From: Geosiphon pyriformis uo1
Lineage: Eukaryota; Fungi; Glomeromycota
Assembly (NCBI GenBank): GCA_016748015.1
Contig: JAAOMT010000502.1
Coordinates: 310,001 to 374,000, forward strand
Direction: 5' to 3'
DNA: 64,000 nucleotides
Under the pieces are notes generated by a model. It worked only from the letters and a program-made list of their open reading frames with translations. It was not told the DNA's origin and did not search any database. Both the position numbers and the translations under genes were made by a program. Shown here piece after piece: positions 13,691 to 27,949 of this stretch; position 1 is the first letter of the stretch, and every line of letters starts with the position of its first letter.

Positions 13691-14905
13691 TCAAATGGGA
13701 TCGAAAGTAGAAACTCTAAATAAGAAACTACTGGAGGAAGCACTAAATTCATCAACTGAGGGTTCTTTTTCATCACTATTATTGTCCATTTGAGTGCTGT
13801 ACCATATAGGTTCTGGAGTTTTTACATCGAGAGTGGTCATTGAATCAACTATTTCCTTATTCGAAATGGCATCATTAGGTTTCAGTGATGGACTTTCAAG
13901 ATCCCTTCTGCGATCTGGAGGGGCGTAATAACAACATGGTAAAAACACGGCTGCCGATTTAGTAGTTCCAAAGATCAAGAATAAAACTATTCCCCTAAAA
14001 AAAACTAGATATTTATTTTGTTGTTCAATTAGGAAAAAAAAGTCAATAAATTCTTTGCTTACTGGATACTGCCTGCGTAATCCGAAATTACGAGCTCATT
14101 TGGATCAGGAACCTTCTTGGTTCGCTTAATTAGAGGTGGCAGTAATGAGAACAAAAGGCAACATATATATACGTTGCTAGAAATAGAGAGTCGAACAGCC
14201 TGTCCAAGTTTAATTGCAGTATTTCTATTTTGTCTATGTACATATTGTCGCCAATGTTGAAAGAGCATGATTGTGGAATGACCTTAAAAAGAATCTATGT
14301 TAACACAGCCTAGTTAACCTTTTTTCTTTATTCATTGATTCATTCATGAACAACTTACTTGCAAGGAAAGCAGCTATCAAACTAAGTATTGCCATAGGTA
14401 TTAGAAATATTAGCCAATTCTGTTTCATATTTGAAGCTGGTCTACAAAACAATCGATTTACTTCGGTGGCCCAATGTTCTTTACTACTTTCTATAGACCA
14501 ACGAATACAACAACTTATGACTGTATAACCCCAAATCCCACCAAATATATATCGAAAAGATTTCTTCTCAATTTCAGTATCCCTTTTATAGAGAGCCCAC
14601 CAAAGATAAAAGGCAAGTACTGCTGGAAACATTTGAAACGATGGAAAGAAGAAGAGTGCTACTTTTTGCTGTATTATACAAATAGGGGTCTCATAGGCTC
14701 GCTCCCTCAAAGTGTCACCATATATTAAAATTGAAGGCAAACCAGAAAGTTGCTCAAAGAAGGTACTAAAACACAATTGAAAAAGTGTCCATTTTGTAAA
14801 ATATGCTTTTGTACGAAGTATCATGGTAATAAGGATTGATAATAAAGCAAGGTTTAAAAACTGTAAAAGAATGTAAAGAATGACAGGCGTTGAATAACTC
14901 GGCAT
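13691..14905 (-). CDS. 7TM GPCR-like protein 3, 356 aa; exons 14905-14359, 14282-14063, 13994-13691
   Basis: Conserved intron positions. AYETPIC, WATEVNRLFC, QNRNTAIKLGQAVRL, TM7 GSIQGIVLFLIFG (resembles the class-B/adhesion/cAR SxQG motif), FLPCCYY. Confidence 0.85.
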
Positions 14906-17088
14906 ATTTTAATGATGAAAAGTGGAATCGAGGGTTTATAAAAAAAGTGCCACTGACATCAATGATTTTTTTAAAAGTAATTACAAAATGGTTTATTCGA
15001 ATCTAAACCCAATTGCATTTATTGCATTTCAAAATATGAACAAAAGCAAAAAGCCAAGGACCACAAAATCTGCAGGAGTGTGTAATTTTGGGAAAGATCT
15101 CTTCTAATAAATATGCCCGATTTACTTTTAATATGCAATGAAGCCTTTTGTATTCATGAATGTAAAAATTTTCGGATAAATATTAGTCAAATGTTATACA
15201 AAGTTTTTGATGCAAAGTTTAAAAGTATTTCTTGTGTTTAATCAACTTTAACTTATCGTGCGAATGAGCTTCTTAGACCAATTATTTTTACTCAATGACT
15301 AAAATAGTTAAAATTTATTGAATAAATAACGGTTTAAATCTTGGATAAACAAATTTTCTATCATTGCTTTAATAATAAATCTTTTAAAAAACTTTGCAGT
15401 TTACATATTTCTTAAAAATTTTGAATAAAAATAAACCTTTATTGTAGCATTTTGGACGTTTAAATGAATCAAGGGATTGTTTGATTCTTTGAAGAAAAAT
15501 TCAAAAAAGTCCCTTTTTCAAAATGACTTATCCATAATGGTCGTTTTCACCCATCATAGTTAAAAGGAAAATTCATTAAGCCGCCCTAATATTTCATTTA
15601 TACACATTAATAACAATAATCTACCCTTTTTGTAAATCATAATTAGATTTTTGCCGAACAGATACATTTACAAAATGACAAAAAAAGATAGGGAGGTTTT
15701 TCATTGAAACTGAAATTGTGGTCTATCCCAATATAGAAATAAATGAAGATGATGTGACACCTTTTAATTTCATGCACTATAAGAATGAATCTAATCGTTA
15801 AACCAAGCATTTAATATATATATATTATTTTGTACTCTATGAATAGTATCTAATTGTTAGGTAAACATTTAATATATTATATGCCCTTGTATAAATTTGG
15901 TAATCGTCTATCGCCCTGTTGTTTTAATTTAAAAGTTTCTAGAATATTAGAATAAACTATTTTTAATCAATAGATTTGGAAAGATTAAGATAAACAATAA
16001 TCCTATTTAAATCTCTGACAATCAAACATACTTTTCTTATTCCTTTTCTTCATAGAACGGTAGTTTTTACCCCGAAATAAACACAATTTACCTAATATTA
16101 TTATATTGAAAAAAATTTCCGTTCTTAGCAATTGATCATATTAATACATAAGGAAAAATTTTTTTAAACAAGTGACGAATAGTATATTTTAAAAAATTTT
16201 CAGAAAAAAGAAACCGAAAAATCATTCATTTAACCAAAAATTCAAAAAACTAAAAAATCCTGAATACACTTGAGGAAACCTTTGCCAAGAAAATGCTTTG
16301 AGCTGTCACCAATCCTAAATTCAACATTATCTAAATAAAATCCAGCATCAAAGAGCTTAATAATATTACAAAGTCGTTTTCAACAATTAAGTTTCATTTA
16401 AATTTGGAGTTTCGAAATAGAAAACCTTTTTATCAAATATCTTTTCTGACAATTGAAACTATTTTCATGAAATTATGATTTTAAAAACAGATTATGTGTT
16501 TTTTTAATTTAGTTCAAAAAAATTTGACTGTAAAAATTTATTTATTTCCTTTGAGTTTATAAAAAAAAAGGTTTAATATTTGGTACTCTCAAAAACAATA
16601 CCACTTCTACATGTATTAAATGAAGAATTGGGCGACCGTCTTATAATGAATTTTAGTTTCAACATATAATCTTTTCCAAAAATTTGGTTTTCAATTTGCA
16701 GTTCAAATTATTTTTGACCCTAAATCATTGAAAATATTCAAATTCAAGGCACACCTTTTTTAAATTTATTTTCGAGGCACGCAATTTGAAATGTTACTGT
16801 AATCGAAATTAGTATTTAAAAGTTTCTTTTGTGAAACTTTAAAAGCTTAACTTCAGGCTCGTTTGTTAAATGAAACTTTGATATATACAATAGGTATTTG
16901 GCTGATTTATAATTTTAAATTGAACGATTGAATCTTAACAGTAGATGGTTTAAAATATTGAATTACAATCCTTTTAGCATGAAATGAACACATAAAAGGC
17001 ATCCGAGCCTTTGAAGTTTGAAGCTCTGAAGTTACGTTGATTTCTTCTATTCTATTAAAAAAATTTTTTTGAGCTTTACGACACATAC

Positions 17089-17629
17089 ATGGAGCACCCA
17101 ATGGCAGTCAAGCAGGAAGCTGACCAAGGAATGATCGAACGTCAAGATACAATTGATGGGGAGAGTGTAATGTCTTTTTTAAAATTATTATTAATACAAA
17201 GTAAACGTATAGTATGTTTCTATTAGATAACAGCTGGTATGATGAGAAAATAAATTACTTTTTAATTGAAAGAAACCTGCGAAATGTGAAGAGAGATACG
17301 ACCCAGGCAAGAATTCATCTAAAGTACCCCCTACGAAACGACGAAAGGCAACTTTTAAATCTATCAAACAAAAAAAGGAATCTCTATCACTTGAAATGAA
17401 GTCCGATCCAGATTTAACATTGACTATAACTAAAAAATCCCTGCCTAAAAAAGGAACCATCTCAACTGGTGGAAAGTGGACAGCCGAGGAGGATAAATTA
17501 TTGATCGATTGTATTCTAGGCTTGGTCCAAACAATCCCGTGGCAAGAATTTGTTGATCGGTTTCCCAATCGGGATGTAAAATCCTTGCAGAATAGGTGGT
17601 TTCGTTTAAAAAATAAAATGAATGGTTGA
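17089..17629 (+). CDS. Single-repeat Myb/SANT DNA-binding protein, ~144 aa; exons 17089-17166, 17273-17629
   Basis: GKWTAEEDKLL...PWQEFVDRFPNRDVKSLQNRW has the three regularly spaced Trp of a Myb repeat. A phase-0 GT-AG intron links an upstream ATG exon. NLS-like PTKRRK. Confidence 0.8.
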
Positions 17630-19944
17630 AAATAGGGAGAATCAATTTTTTTACTTTATTTCTGATCTCACGATAATTTTTTAGGCAAAGAACCATTCAG
17701 AAAGATTAATATCTTATTTCAACATAAAATAACGAAACTTTTTCAAATTTTGTTACACATTAACTATTTTAAAGATTGATGGGATATTGGTCAAAAAATA
17801 ATTTTCAAAGTACTCAAATTATCATAAGCGAGTTGAGCGTAGAAACTTTTTTCAAAAAAAGTCATTAATTTAAAATTTTAATCTGTTTAGCCACTTCCTT
17901 ACACTCAATAATACATGAGATCTCAGTAGCTTTGTTATAATTTAAAATTTTCAAATTTAATTACGTCATTTAAGAAAAAAGTATACTCGATATTTGTCAA
18001 ACATTTTAAAATCCAAAAAAGTAAATTCATCCTAGCCCAACCTTCTTAAACGCTCAATTATTTAACCGTTCTCGGATGAATGAGATTTGGTTCACGCAGT
18101 TGAAACTATTTGAGTGTGACAAAAAATAATTGGGGCCCAATTACGAATATTTGTTAAAAAATTTTCAAAATGGTATTTTTCCTAAATTGAGTTCATTCTT
18201 GTTAATAAAAAGCTTTTGGTTGAGCATATTTGATATTTGGTTCCCACACTTTTGAAATAATAGTTGTTTTTTAACTGTTTGTTAATCTAAAAATTGATGA
18301 TAGTCAATAATCAGGAAATTTTTTTAAAGCTAACTGAATGAGGTGTTAATCATGTGAGCTAGATTTCTCTATATTTATAAAGGGTAACAATATACAAATT
18401 TTGAAATTTTGAAATCACATTTATTTGTAAAAAAAACATCTCTTTTAAAGAAAGTCATTGTTGTCAACATTGATAGAAAAATCCAAAACTGTTTCTGTTC
18501 CAATCTATGAAATCTTAACCCTTTTTTTTTTACTACCTCTCATTCAATATGAAAAATTCTTAACTTGCAGTTACACGTTTCATACAGATTAGAATATAGA
18601 GATTTTAATCTGCAAATAGTTTATCAAAGTGGTTTTCTTTTTTTTAAGGAGAAACCCTTGTTTGAACTGCAAATTCCTAAACTTTTAACTTTGCTATCTC
18701 AGGCTATGCATAATTTTTAATATCGATCCAATAATATTTCAAATTCTTAAAATTTAAAATTGTGTACTCTATAAGAAATATCTTCGAAACTAAAATTTTT
18801 ATCGACCCATATATTTAAAAAAGTTTTATTCTAAAAATTACAAAGATCTTTTTAAAAAACCTAAATATTTGGTAATTTCTTGGTTTTTTGCCTTTTGGAT
18901 AAACATATTAAAACGTGATGAACTAAAATCGGTCTTATAAAAAAATTTGCCTGCATCAAAAGGTTAAATCAAAATTAATTCCGATATACACGTAGTATAA
19001 ACACAATTTCCTATCGCTTTAACCTTACAGCAAAATTTTATATGATCTTCTCAAAAGGCAGTTCATTACGTTCTACTAACAGTTTATAAGTTTGATCTTT
19101 TATTGTGAAATTTAACTGGCAGAACTTTTGTATATTTTTAACCCTCGGGGCACATTCATCTACAATTTTCCACGTGAAAAAAACTGAACTGCTGTGCTAC
19201 ATTTACCAGATTTTATGGAATTTGGCGTGGCCGCAGGCACATAATTGTTATTGTCCCATTAGAATTTAATTTTATATGAAACGGAATTTCATCTTTTCGG
19301 GAAAGGATCAATATATGCATGCAAATTAAAGTCCTTTTATTATTGATGTATCTGTTCTTGGAAATGAATATTTGCCTAATTTCATTTTCATCACCATAAA
19401 CATGGTCCAATGATTACAAACTTAATATATAATGAAACACTATTTATTAATGAATTTTATTTTTCGACCAATGATCAAATTAAATTGAAAAAAGACCCTT
19501 AACATCAACAAGTATCTGGTACAGAATTACTAAAAAGGTAGGAAAACCTTTATTCAAAAGCTCAAAGTCCTAGCATCTGTTTTTAACGGAATTTTTATTA
19601 ATTGATATCTATATTCCCATGCAGGAGAAAAAAAAAGCAACCTAAAAAATGTGTAATAGTGACCTCACAAAAATTTGGTTTCACTAAAAAATATAAATAC
19701 ACTCTGCTTAAACTTTTTTTTCAACAAAAAAGACAATCCCAGAAAAATATTTTTCTAAATTAATAGTTATTGACTCTTGATACTTTGTCATTCTTTTGCC
19801 TTAAATTAGTTGCTCAGAAAAAAGTTTTATAATTTTTAAAAGTCGACATTTGAAGGCATTTAACTTTTCAAGACTCAACCTTTTAAAAAAAAACTTTAAA
19901 GGAAATAGTTAAAAAAAAAATTCTCCCAGAACCCATTATCTACC

Positions 19945-21284
19945 ATGCCAACCTACTCACCTCCAATCATCATATATATAATCCTACAATTTATCAGTGT
20001 AATTTTTTTGTCAATTTTAATTTTTTTTATAATCAAATCAAAACAATATTTTGGAAAATGGACTTTATTTCAACTGTGCCTATGTTCTTTTTTTGAAAGC
20101 TTCGCTGGCTTACCTTCCATACTCATATATGGCGATTCTTTGAAAGAACGCGCATTCGAAACTCCCTTATGCATAATACAAGAGCGAATAGCAGGATTTT
20201 TCTATTACCAATTTTTAATTTTTCCCGCGGTACTGTCCTTTTATTTGTGGTATGCGTTGGTGAAGAATGATACAGAGATTGAAAATAAGTGTATACGTTA
20301 TGTTTCGAGTACAATATGGTTATATGGTGCTGCTTATCATTTTGGCGAGTGGCTTGGTGTTAGAAATGAAAAAAATTGGGGCGTTCAGGCTAATCGCTTG
20401 ACTTGTGTTACCAATTCTAGCGGAAAATATTGGATCGCTTGGGTTATACCTGATACTATAATGACTGCTGTTGCCACATTTTTCGCATGTAAGTTGAAAT
20501 TTAATTTTAATTTTCAACCAAATTTCTTTTTGTTTTCGCAAGCGATTGAAAAAAAAAAATTGATTTTTATTTTATTTTATTTAATTTTATTTCAGTTCAC
20601 TCAGCGATCATCTTATTTTTGAATTGGCGTAATTTCACAAAAAGACAAAATAGATTTACCGCAATAAAATTAGGCCAATCGCTCAGACTATGCCTCGCTA
20701 GCTGCATTTATATTATAGTTCTATTGGCAGGATTGATACCTAAAGTGGTTCTTAAACTTCAAAATGGTCCAGATCCAGATGTATTAACATCTGCCGATTA
20801 TTCTGTGGGTGTGTCGTAAGTAATACATTTATTCTAAACATGAATATAATTAATCCATTAAAAATGCCTGAAGAAAACTCAAATCGAAATTTATTCTTGC
20901 AATCTCAATTTTTTTTACAGAGGTATCCTATTATTTATGGTATTTGGTACGACACATTCCGCTGCCATCTTTCTTCCATGCTGCTATTACGCACCTCATA
21001 GAAAAGCTAGCATATCAACGAACGCGGGATCGTTTCATCAACTTGAAGAAAATTCTAAAGACACTGTACACTCTAAAGGGGTGTTGCCAAAATATGATTT
21101 AATTTTTATAAAACAAGAGAATCAATCACGTCCAAAGGTGCTAACGATTATCAGTGAGGTTTTGGAAGAGGATGAAATGTCGGAAAAAAAAAATAGTAAT
21201 TCATATGCTTATAGGACTGAAAGTACAATCCAAACGTTAATATCTTCTGGAAGAGATTCCTTTGAGATTGTTGAAATTTTGTGA
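19945..21284 (+). CDS. 7TM GPCR-like protein 4, 375 aa; exons 19945-20488, 20596-20815, 20921-21284
   Basis: Same 544/220 exon structure. AFETPLC, WGVQANRLTC, QNRFTAIKLGQSLRL, GILLFMVFGTTHSAAIFLPCCYY. Confidence 0.85.
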
Positions 21285-23041
21285 AATATTAGAATAATTT
21301 TGATGGTGTATGTAAAAATCAAAACTGATTAAAGAAAAACTGGTCAAAATAAATTTGCTTAAAAGACAAAAAAAATGACTAAAAAAGTTTATATATAACA
21401 AAATTCGATTAATTAGATTTGCATATTAAATAATAAACCTTATTACTTTAGACAAGATTTTTATTTTCGGGTAAAATAAATTAACCAACTTTCTAATGGT
21501 TAAGGTTATTTGAAAATTTTTGCTTGATTTGTTTTACCATTTATAATTGAGAAATCCTGAAAAAGATATTCGAATGTAAAAACTTGTTTATCGGCTATCG
21601 GAGGAAGGGTTGTGATGATTGTCAAGGTTGGACGAAACGATTTAACGGAAATAGATTTAATAATATAATTTAACGGTTTTTAAAAGTAAAATCTTTAAAT
21701 AATTTTTTTAAAATCAAATTATAGTGAGGAGAAAAATATTTTTTTTAAAATAAATGTTAAAGTAAAATTTTATTAATTTATTACAATTTTCAAAACCTTT
21801 ATAGTTTATTTTATTTAGTTTATTTTTATTTTAATCTTAATTTTAATTTCAATTTTTATTTTTATTTTAAATAACAAAAAAAGCCATTTCTTGATCTTTT
21901 TAAAGTATTCGGTAAAAGTTTGAATCAAATCAATCCCAACAAATTATATTTAAAATTTAGTAAACAAAAATAAAAGAACTCTTTTTTACTGTAATGAAAT
22001 TTATTAATAAAACGTCCTTCTTAATTACTTTTATTTGTTACAATAAAAACGGGGTTTATTGACTACCTTGGAAAAGATTTGATAAGAATTAAATTTGAAA
22101 TAAATTTTTAATCCATTATAATTCCCATTTAATCCAAAAAAGCTAAATAGTATAAACATTTTTATTGGATTTCATATAATCACAAACTTAAGAATTTAAA
22201 TATATTCTCCCAAATGAAATGAAAATGAAAATGATATTATCATGTTACATTAAAAATTTGAATTTCAGATTTTTTTGTTTTACTAATGAGGATATTTGAA
22301 ACAAGTCTAGAACATGAATATATATATCATTTCATACTCAAAAAAAAAGATTTTCTATTTTCAATTGGAATTTTCTGTACTTGTTTTATCCAATTTTGGA
22401 GTCGAAAGAATTTCTGAATTATTCAAAAAATGAGAAAATAAGATTTTGTTTTCCAGAAAGATTTTCAACCAAATTATAATAACTATTTTTGAAATTCAGA
22501 AATTAAAAGTTTAAAAAATGACTTTTTTTAGTTGAAGAAATGACTTATTTGAAATGAAAAGAGTTCAAGAATAACTTTTTTTGAAATTTGGGGGGGGGAA
22601 TTTTTTTTTCTTTGAATTAATTAAGAAAATTTTTATCATCCTGAAAAAATGTTTCATGTTCAAAGAAAACATAATCAGCGGTAAAAACTTTTGAAATGAC
22701 AATCATCTCAAAATTTATAATCTAGTCACATATGAATTTAAAATAATTTTTTGGCAAAAAAATTTTTTGAATTGAGAAAAATACATTAATTTTAACTTTT
22801 AAATTAATTTCTTTTAAATTGATTTCTTTTAAAACTTTCATTGAATTTTATGTGTGTCCATCAAATTTTCTTAAATTAAGAACCTCAGGATTATTAAATC
22901 TCGTATTAAATTTAAGTATCTCAGTCTGTTGGCACAGCCAACCTTATATACTTATCAAATTATTTCTGTTTCAAAAAATATACATTAAAAAAATAAATTA
23001 CAAATTATTACTATTCTATTTATTCTAGCTTGATGTTTTAA

Positions 23042-24341
23042 TCAACCATTATCCAAAATATTAATGGAGTAGTCAATTTGAGTGTCCAAACTAAGTTTAC
23101 TATTCAATCCTGTTTCACTCCCTTCTGATACCGAGTTAAAACCTTGTAGCGTCATCATATCACTATAAAATGTTTCAATTCCGATTTCTTTTTCGTTCAT
23201 TTCAGGAATAAACAATGGTTTCATTGGTTCAATCATTCCTGATGCCTTTTCTAAATCTAATCGATTGTTAATTACTGTTTCGATCAAGAGTAAATTGTTT
23301 TGAGGTAATTTCGGGTTTGGCTGTGAGTAATAACAGCATGGTAAGAATAGGGCAACAGATCGTGTGGTACCGAATACCAGGAAAAGGAATATACCACTAA
23401 ATTAAAAAATCAGATATTATCAAATTTTTTGTTAATGTAAATTTTGAAAAATAAAGTTTTAAATTTGAATTCAAAGAACTTACGAGAAACTGTGAGAATA
23501 TTGAGAAGGGGTCAAAATTTCTTCCTTTGATGGTATTTCTTCAATCTTTTGTATCAAAGGTGGAACCAATGACGCGTATATCAGAATGATGTATAATATA
23601 CTACAAACCTGAAGTCTTAGAGCATGACCTAATTGAATAGCTGTTCGTCGATTTTGATTTCGCCGAAATACACGCCATTGAGTGAATAAAAGGATGCTGG
23701 AATGACCTATGACAAAGAAAAAGATTAATGTTGAATTTATTTATTTATTTATTTATTTATTTTAAAAAAATGGGGATTTCAATTATTTTTAACTTACAAG
23801 TTAAAGCAGATCCAACAGCAGCCACAAAGATACTAGGTATCAAAAATGCTAACCAATCTCTTTCTTTATTTGATGATTGACAATATAAGTGATTCACCGC
23901 CACATCCCAATGCTCACTTCTACTTGCTAAAGTCCATCTATACGCACAACTTATTAAAGAAGTCATCCATATTCCAAAAGAAATGTATTTACCTACTATT
24001 TGTTCAATATTTATATCATTTCTTACAGTTGCCCACCATAAATAGAACGAAAGCGAGCAGGGAAATAATAGAAGTGGGTAATAGAAGAATTGCATGAATT
24101 TCTGTTGAATTATACATATTGGGGTTTGGAAAGCTTTTGAACGAAGGTCATCACCATAAATTAATAGAGCTGGAAGACCTCCCAAATGTGTGAAAAATGC
24201 ACAAATGCAAAGTTGAAGGAGTGTCCATTTCACAAAGTAAAGTTTTGATTTTATGAATAGAAAGAAAATTACGATTAACAAAAGAATACTAACAAGATTT
24301 AAGCAAATGTATATTAGTTGTGGTGCTGAGTATAATACCAT
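23042..24341 (-). CDS. 7TM GPCR-like protein 5, 373 aa; exons 24341-23798, 23706-23484, 23396-23042
   Basis: Same intron phases. AFQTPIC, WDVAVNHLYC, QNRRTAIQLGHALRL, GIFLFLVFGTTRSVALFLPCCYY. Confidence 0.85.
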
Positions 24342-24353
24342 TTTCGATATGTT

Positions 24354-24390
<37 letters not shown>
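24354..24390. repeat. (TTG)12 microsatellite just upstream of the GPCR5 start codon ((CAA)n on the sense strand)
   Basis: Directly visible; it explains the spurious poly-Cys ORF 24253-24570. Confidence 0.9.
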
Positions 24391-24392
<2 letters not shown>

Positions 24393-27300
24393 TGTTGTTA
24401 TCGTTATTGTTATTATTATTGTTTTTGTTTTTGTTTTTGTTATTATTGAATCTACATTTAAATTTATAATTTTAAAGTTTAAATCATTTCTTTCAACTAA
24501 TAATATTGTTCAAAGGTCCTTTTGTCAATTCCACTTTTTTAATTCTCCCCTAGCAATCCTCAAAAGCTAAATGTAGTTGTGAAATTTCTGACTTTAATAA
24601 AATATAGTTCTTTTTTCACTTTTTCAAAAAGACATCAAAAATTGTAACTGTCGACTTTTCCTATATTTATATTAATCATAATCTTTAGCCTTATCATTTA
24701 ATTTCATTTTATTATTGGTCATATGGATTATTAATAACACGATTTAAATTTTAATGATAAATGTCCGATAGATTTGTTTCACAAATACATTTATATGCAT
24801 TTATCTACTACTATCTTTTAACATATCTTTTAAATGGGGGTTTAAAAGTTAAAATACATTCCCTTTTCCCTTTACCTTCTCCTTTCTCTTTTAATTTAGA
24901 TAGATACGACAAATTTTCTTTTTAGGAAATTTTTAATTTTATGTAATGTTATAACCGTGTACATGTACTAAAATAGTAATTTTTAAAATAATAAAATTTT
25001 CAAAAACAGATATTCTAATAATAATATTAATAATAATAATATGAATTTCGGGATCACTTTATTCCTTTATTTACAAAATTTATCTTTTTATTTTACATCT
25101 ATATTTGTGATAGAAAATTATCAATTTGGATAGTCTCAAAAAAATTCGGTTCTTGTCGCGGTTAATGTGCAAATATGTGTGAAATTATAATAGTCGTGCT
25201 TGGAATTAATTTCAAGACCATAGCCCCTTATCAAGATTTATTATAGAAAGTTCAGTAAAGGGATAACAAGAATCATTGAATTTCTTGAATGAAACAGGCT
25301 TGATAAATGAAATTTTTGCCCCCTTTGAATCGGAAAACTTTTAGCGTTAAGTCAATTTGTATTTAACATAGAAATTTAAATTGCGGGTATAAAAAATGGT
25401 TTGTCGCCGTTCCAAGCTGACTTGCCACAATTCTGCTTTTATTGAATTTATAATTCAAAGGAGGTGAATTTTTCCACATGGTTTTTGATAGTGAAAATAG
25501 GTCTAAAATAGGATTATCTATAATTTATCTACTGTATATCTAAATTCTCATCTCGTTTCTGTCATGAGTTCACCAACATTATCCAAAAAGATTAAGAAAT
25601 TGGTATGATCATATCGTCAGACATTTTTTAATTATTATTATTATTATTATTATTATTATCAAAAGTCTCACAAAGTATTGTTACACTTCGGGAGTGGTTA
25701 ACCTAATTGAGAAATATTTAGAGTAATTTTAATTTGTTCATCTTGTTACACCACATACTGCTCTTCAATAAAGAACACGTTTTTACGATTTTCACAAAGA
25801 CATCCCCTGAGTACCTTAGATCTATTTAATTTAAACCGTCTTGTGTGTCTTTGAATAGCGAACCTAATATAAGTAAACAAAGACTTTGATATTAAATGAT
25901 TCGAAATGATCAAAAGTTATTTGTTATTTTTAATGTTAGTTTTAGCCACATTTCCAAAATGGGAAAGATTCGAATTTTTGAAAATCAAAAAAGAATTAAA
26001 GAATTGCTGCGTGTAATAATATTCAATCATAAAAAAAATTCTCGGAGATATGAATTCCATATAATATGATCTAATTTTAAAACCCAAAAAAAGTTTTATG
26101 AAAATGTTATGGCCTGAATTACAAATTTCCCCCGATTGAGATTTGGAATATGTGGTTTCGTGCCCCAAAACAAAATATCAATTATTCTACTAGCATTCTA
26201 AACCTAATTTAGGTCAATTTTGATTTGAGACAATTGTTTTACCAAATAGAAAATTTTTTTCATTTTAATTTTTTCTCTGTAAATTTTTTAAAGTGTATTA
26301 TTCTCATCAACAAAACTTGAATTTAATCAAACTTTCTCTATTGATAAAAAATAATTATTTCATTTTATTTTATTTATTCATTAAATGGTTGAAAAATTTA
26401 TAAATTTATCCATTTATGAATTTACCATTGCTCAATCAATTAAAACCACCTAAATTAACTTATATTTAATTTTCAATGAAATCTTAAAGAAACATACAAT
26501 TATTAATATTTTAATATGACATACTAGGATCAAATCTTGTTTGTGCAAGAAAATCTTTAAGTTTTAGGTTGGTAAATATCTTGGACAAGAAATTAATTGA
26601 ATTAATAACGGTTAATATAGATAGAATACAATACAATAATATATAATATTTTATTTTTTGAAATTAAATATAAATATATAACCCCAAAAATGGTTTTCCC
26701 TAGCTATTTATGATGTGTCTACAATCTTTCAAATTTTGCTTAATGATAGCCAAATTATAAATGCTAAAACTTAATATGTTACGATAACTAAAAAATTTTT
26801 AAAAAAAGTCATCTATTGATTTATCTTATTTGTATTTTTTTAATGGGTCTAGATCTATAAAAATACAAAATCTAGATTCATTTATGTCCGTCTTTTCTAA
26901 AATATATCCCGTCTCAATATAACAATACCTGCTTCAATGGTACGTTTTTGACAAACTTGTAATTTCAAATGCCTGGCTTTAAAAAGTATTTACATCTAAT
27001 TCTTTCGATCATATTTTTATATACAATCCATAAATTTTTGCCTTTATTGAATATATGATATATGAATGGATTCTATATTTGTAACAATAACAAAACAAAA
27101 ATAATAGTGTCAAACATTATACAATACAACAATATCTTGAAAAAATTAATTAAATGATGAATAATTTTTTTTTAATCGATATATTATTTAAATAATACAT
27201 TTATGAATTTCTTTTTTTATTTTTTAAACAAATATATTTAATCAATTTATTAATTATAAATTCTTTATTCTTACCAAATTTTTCATTATTAAGTAAAATT

Positions 27301-27463
27301 TTGTTTTTGAATTTAAACAGTTTGAATAATATATATATATATATATATATCAACTTTTTATTGAATTAATTAATTTTTAGAAATAAATTTATCAAATTTA
27401 TTTATTTTTTTAAAATGAATATTACGAATAAATATATTCTAATTTGATTTAAAAAATCTTGAC

Positions 27464-27464
<1 letters not shown>

Positions 27465-27525
<61 letters not shown>
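27465..27525. repeat. (TTA)~20 microsatellite
   Basis: Directly visible. Confidence 0.9.
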
Positions 27526-27526
<1 letters not shown>

Positions 27527-27949
27527 TATTATTATTTTTATTTTTATTAAAGATTGGTTGGAAATAATTAATGCTTATTATATATTGTTTTTATTAAAAA
27601 ACCAAATTAAAAAATTGAAATTTGAAAATTTTTAAAACTATTGTCATAAGTTGTTTTAAAATAATAAAAGATTAAATTAATCTAGTTACAAAAAACGAGC
27701 AAATTAAGTATTTTTAAATATTTTTTGAATTGAGAATATTTATTATTATTTATTTATTTTTTATTTATTTCATAATTTTCAAAAATTTTGAATTTGATTG
27801 TTAACATACTTGTTAAACTGATTTTAATTGGATTGTTAATTCTATTTGACCAATATTTAAAATATATTTATTTATTTATTTATATTTAATAAATGTAGTT
27901 CAATCACTATCTAATACAATACAACATTAAATTATTCTAAATTAAATAT

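Noticed and set aside
24253-24570. Poly-Cys ORF
   Set aside because: Artefact of the (TTG)n microsatellite, antisense to GPCR5.
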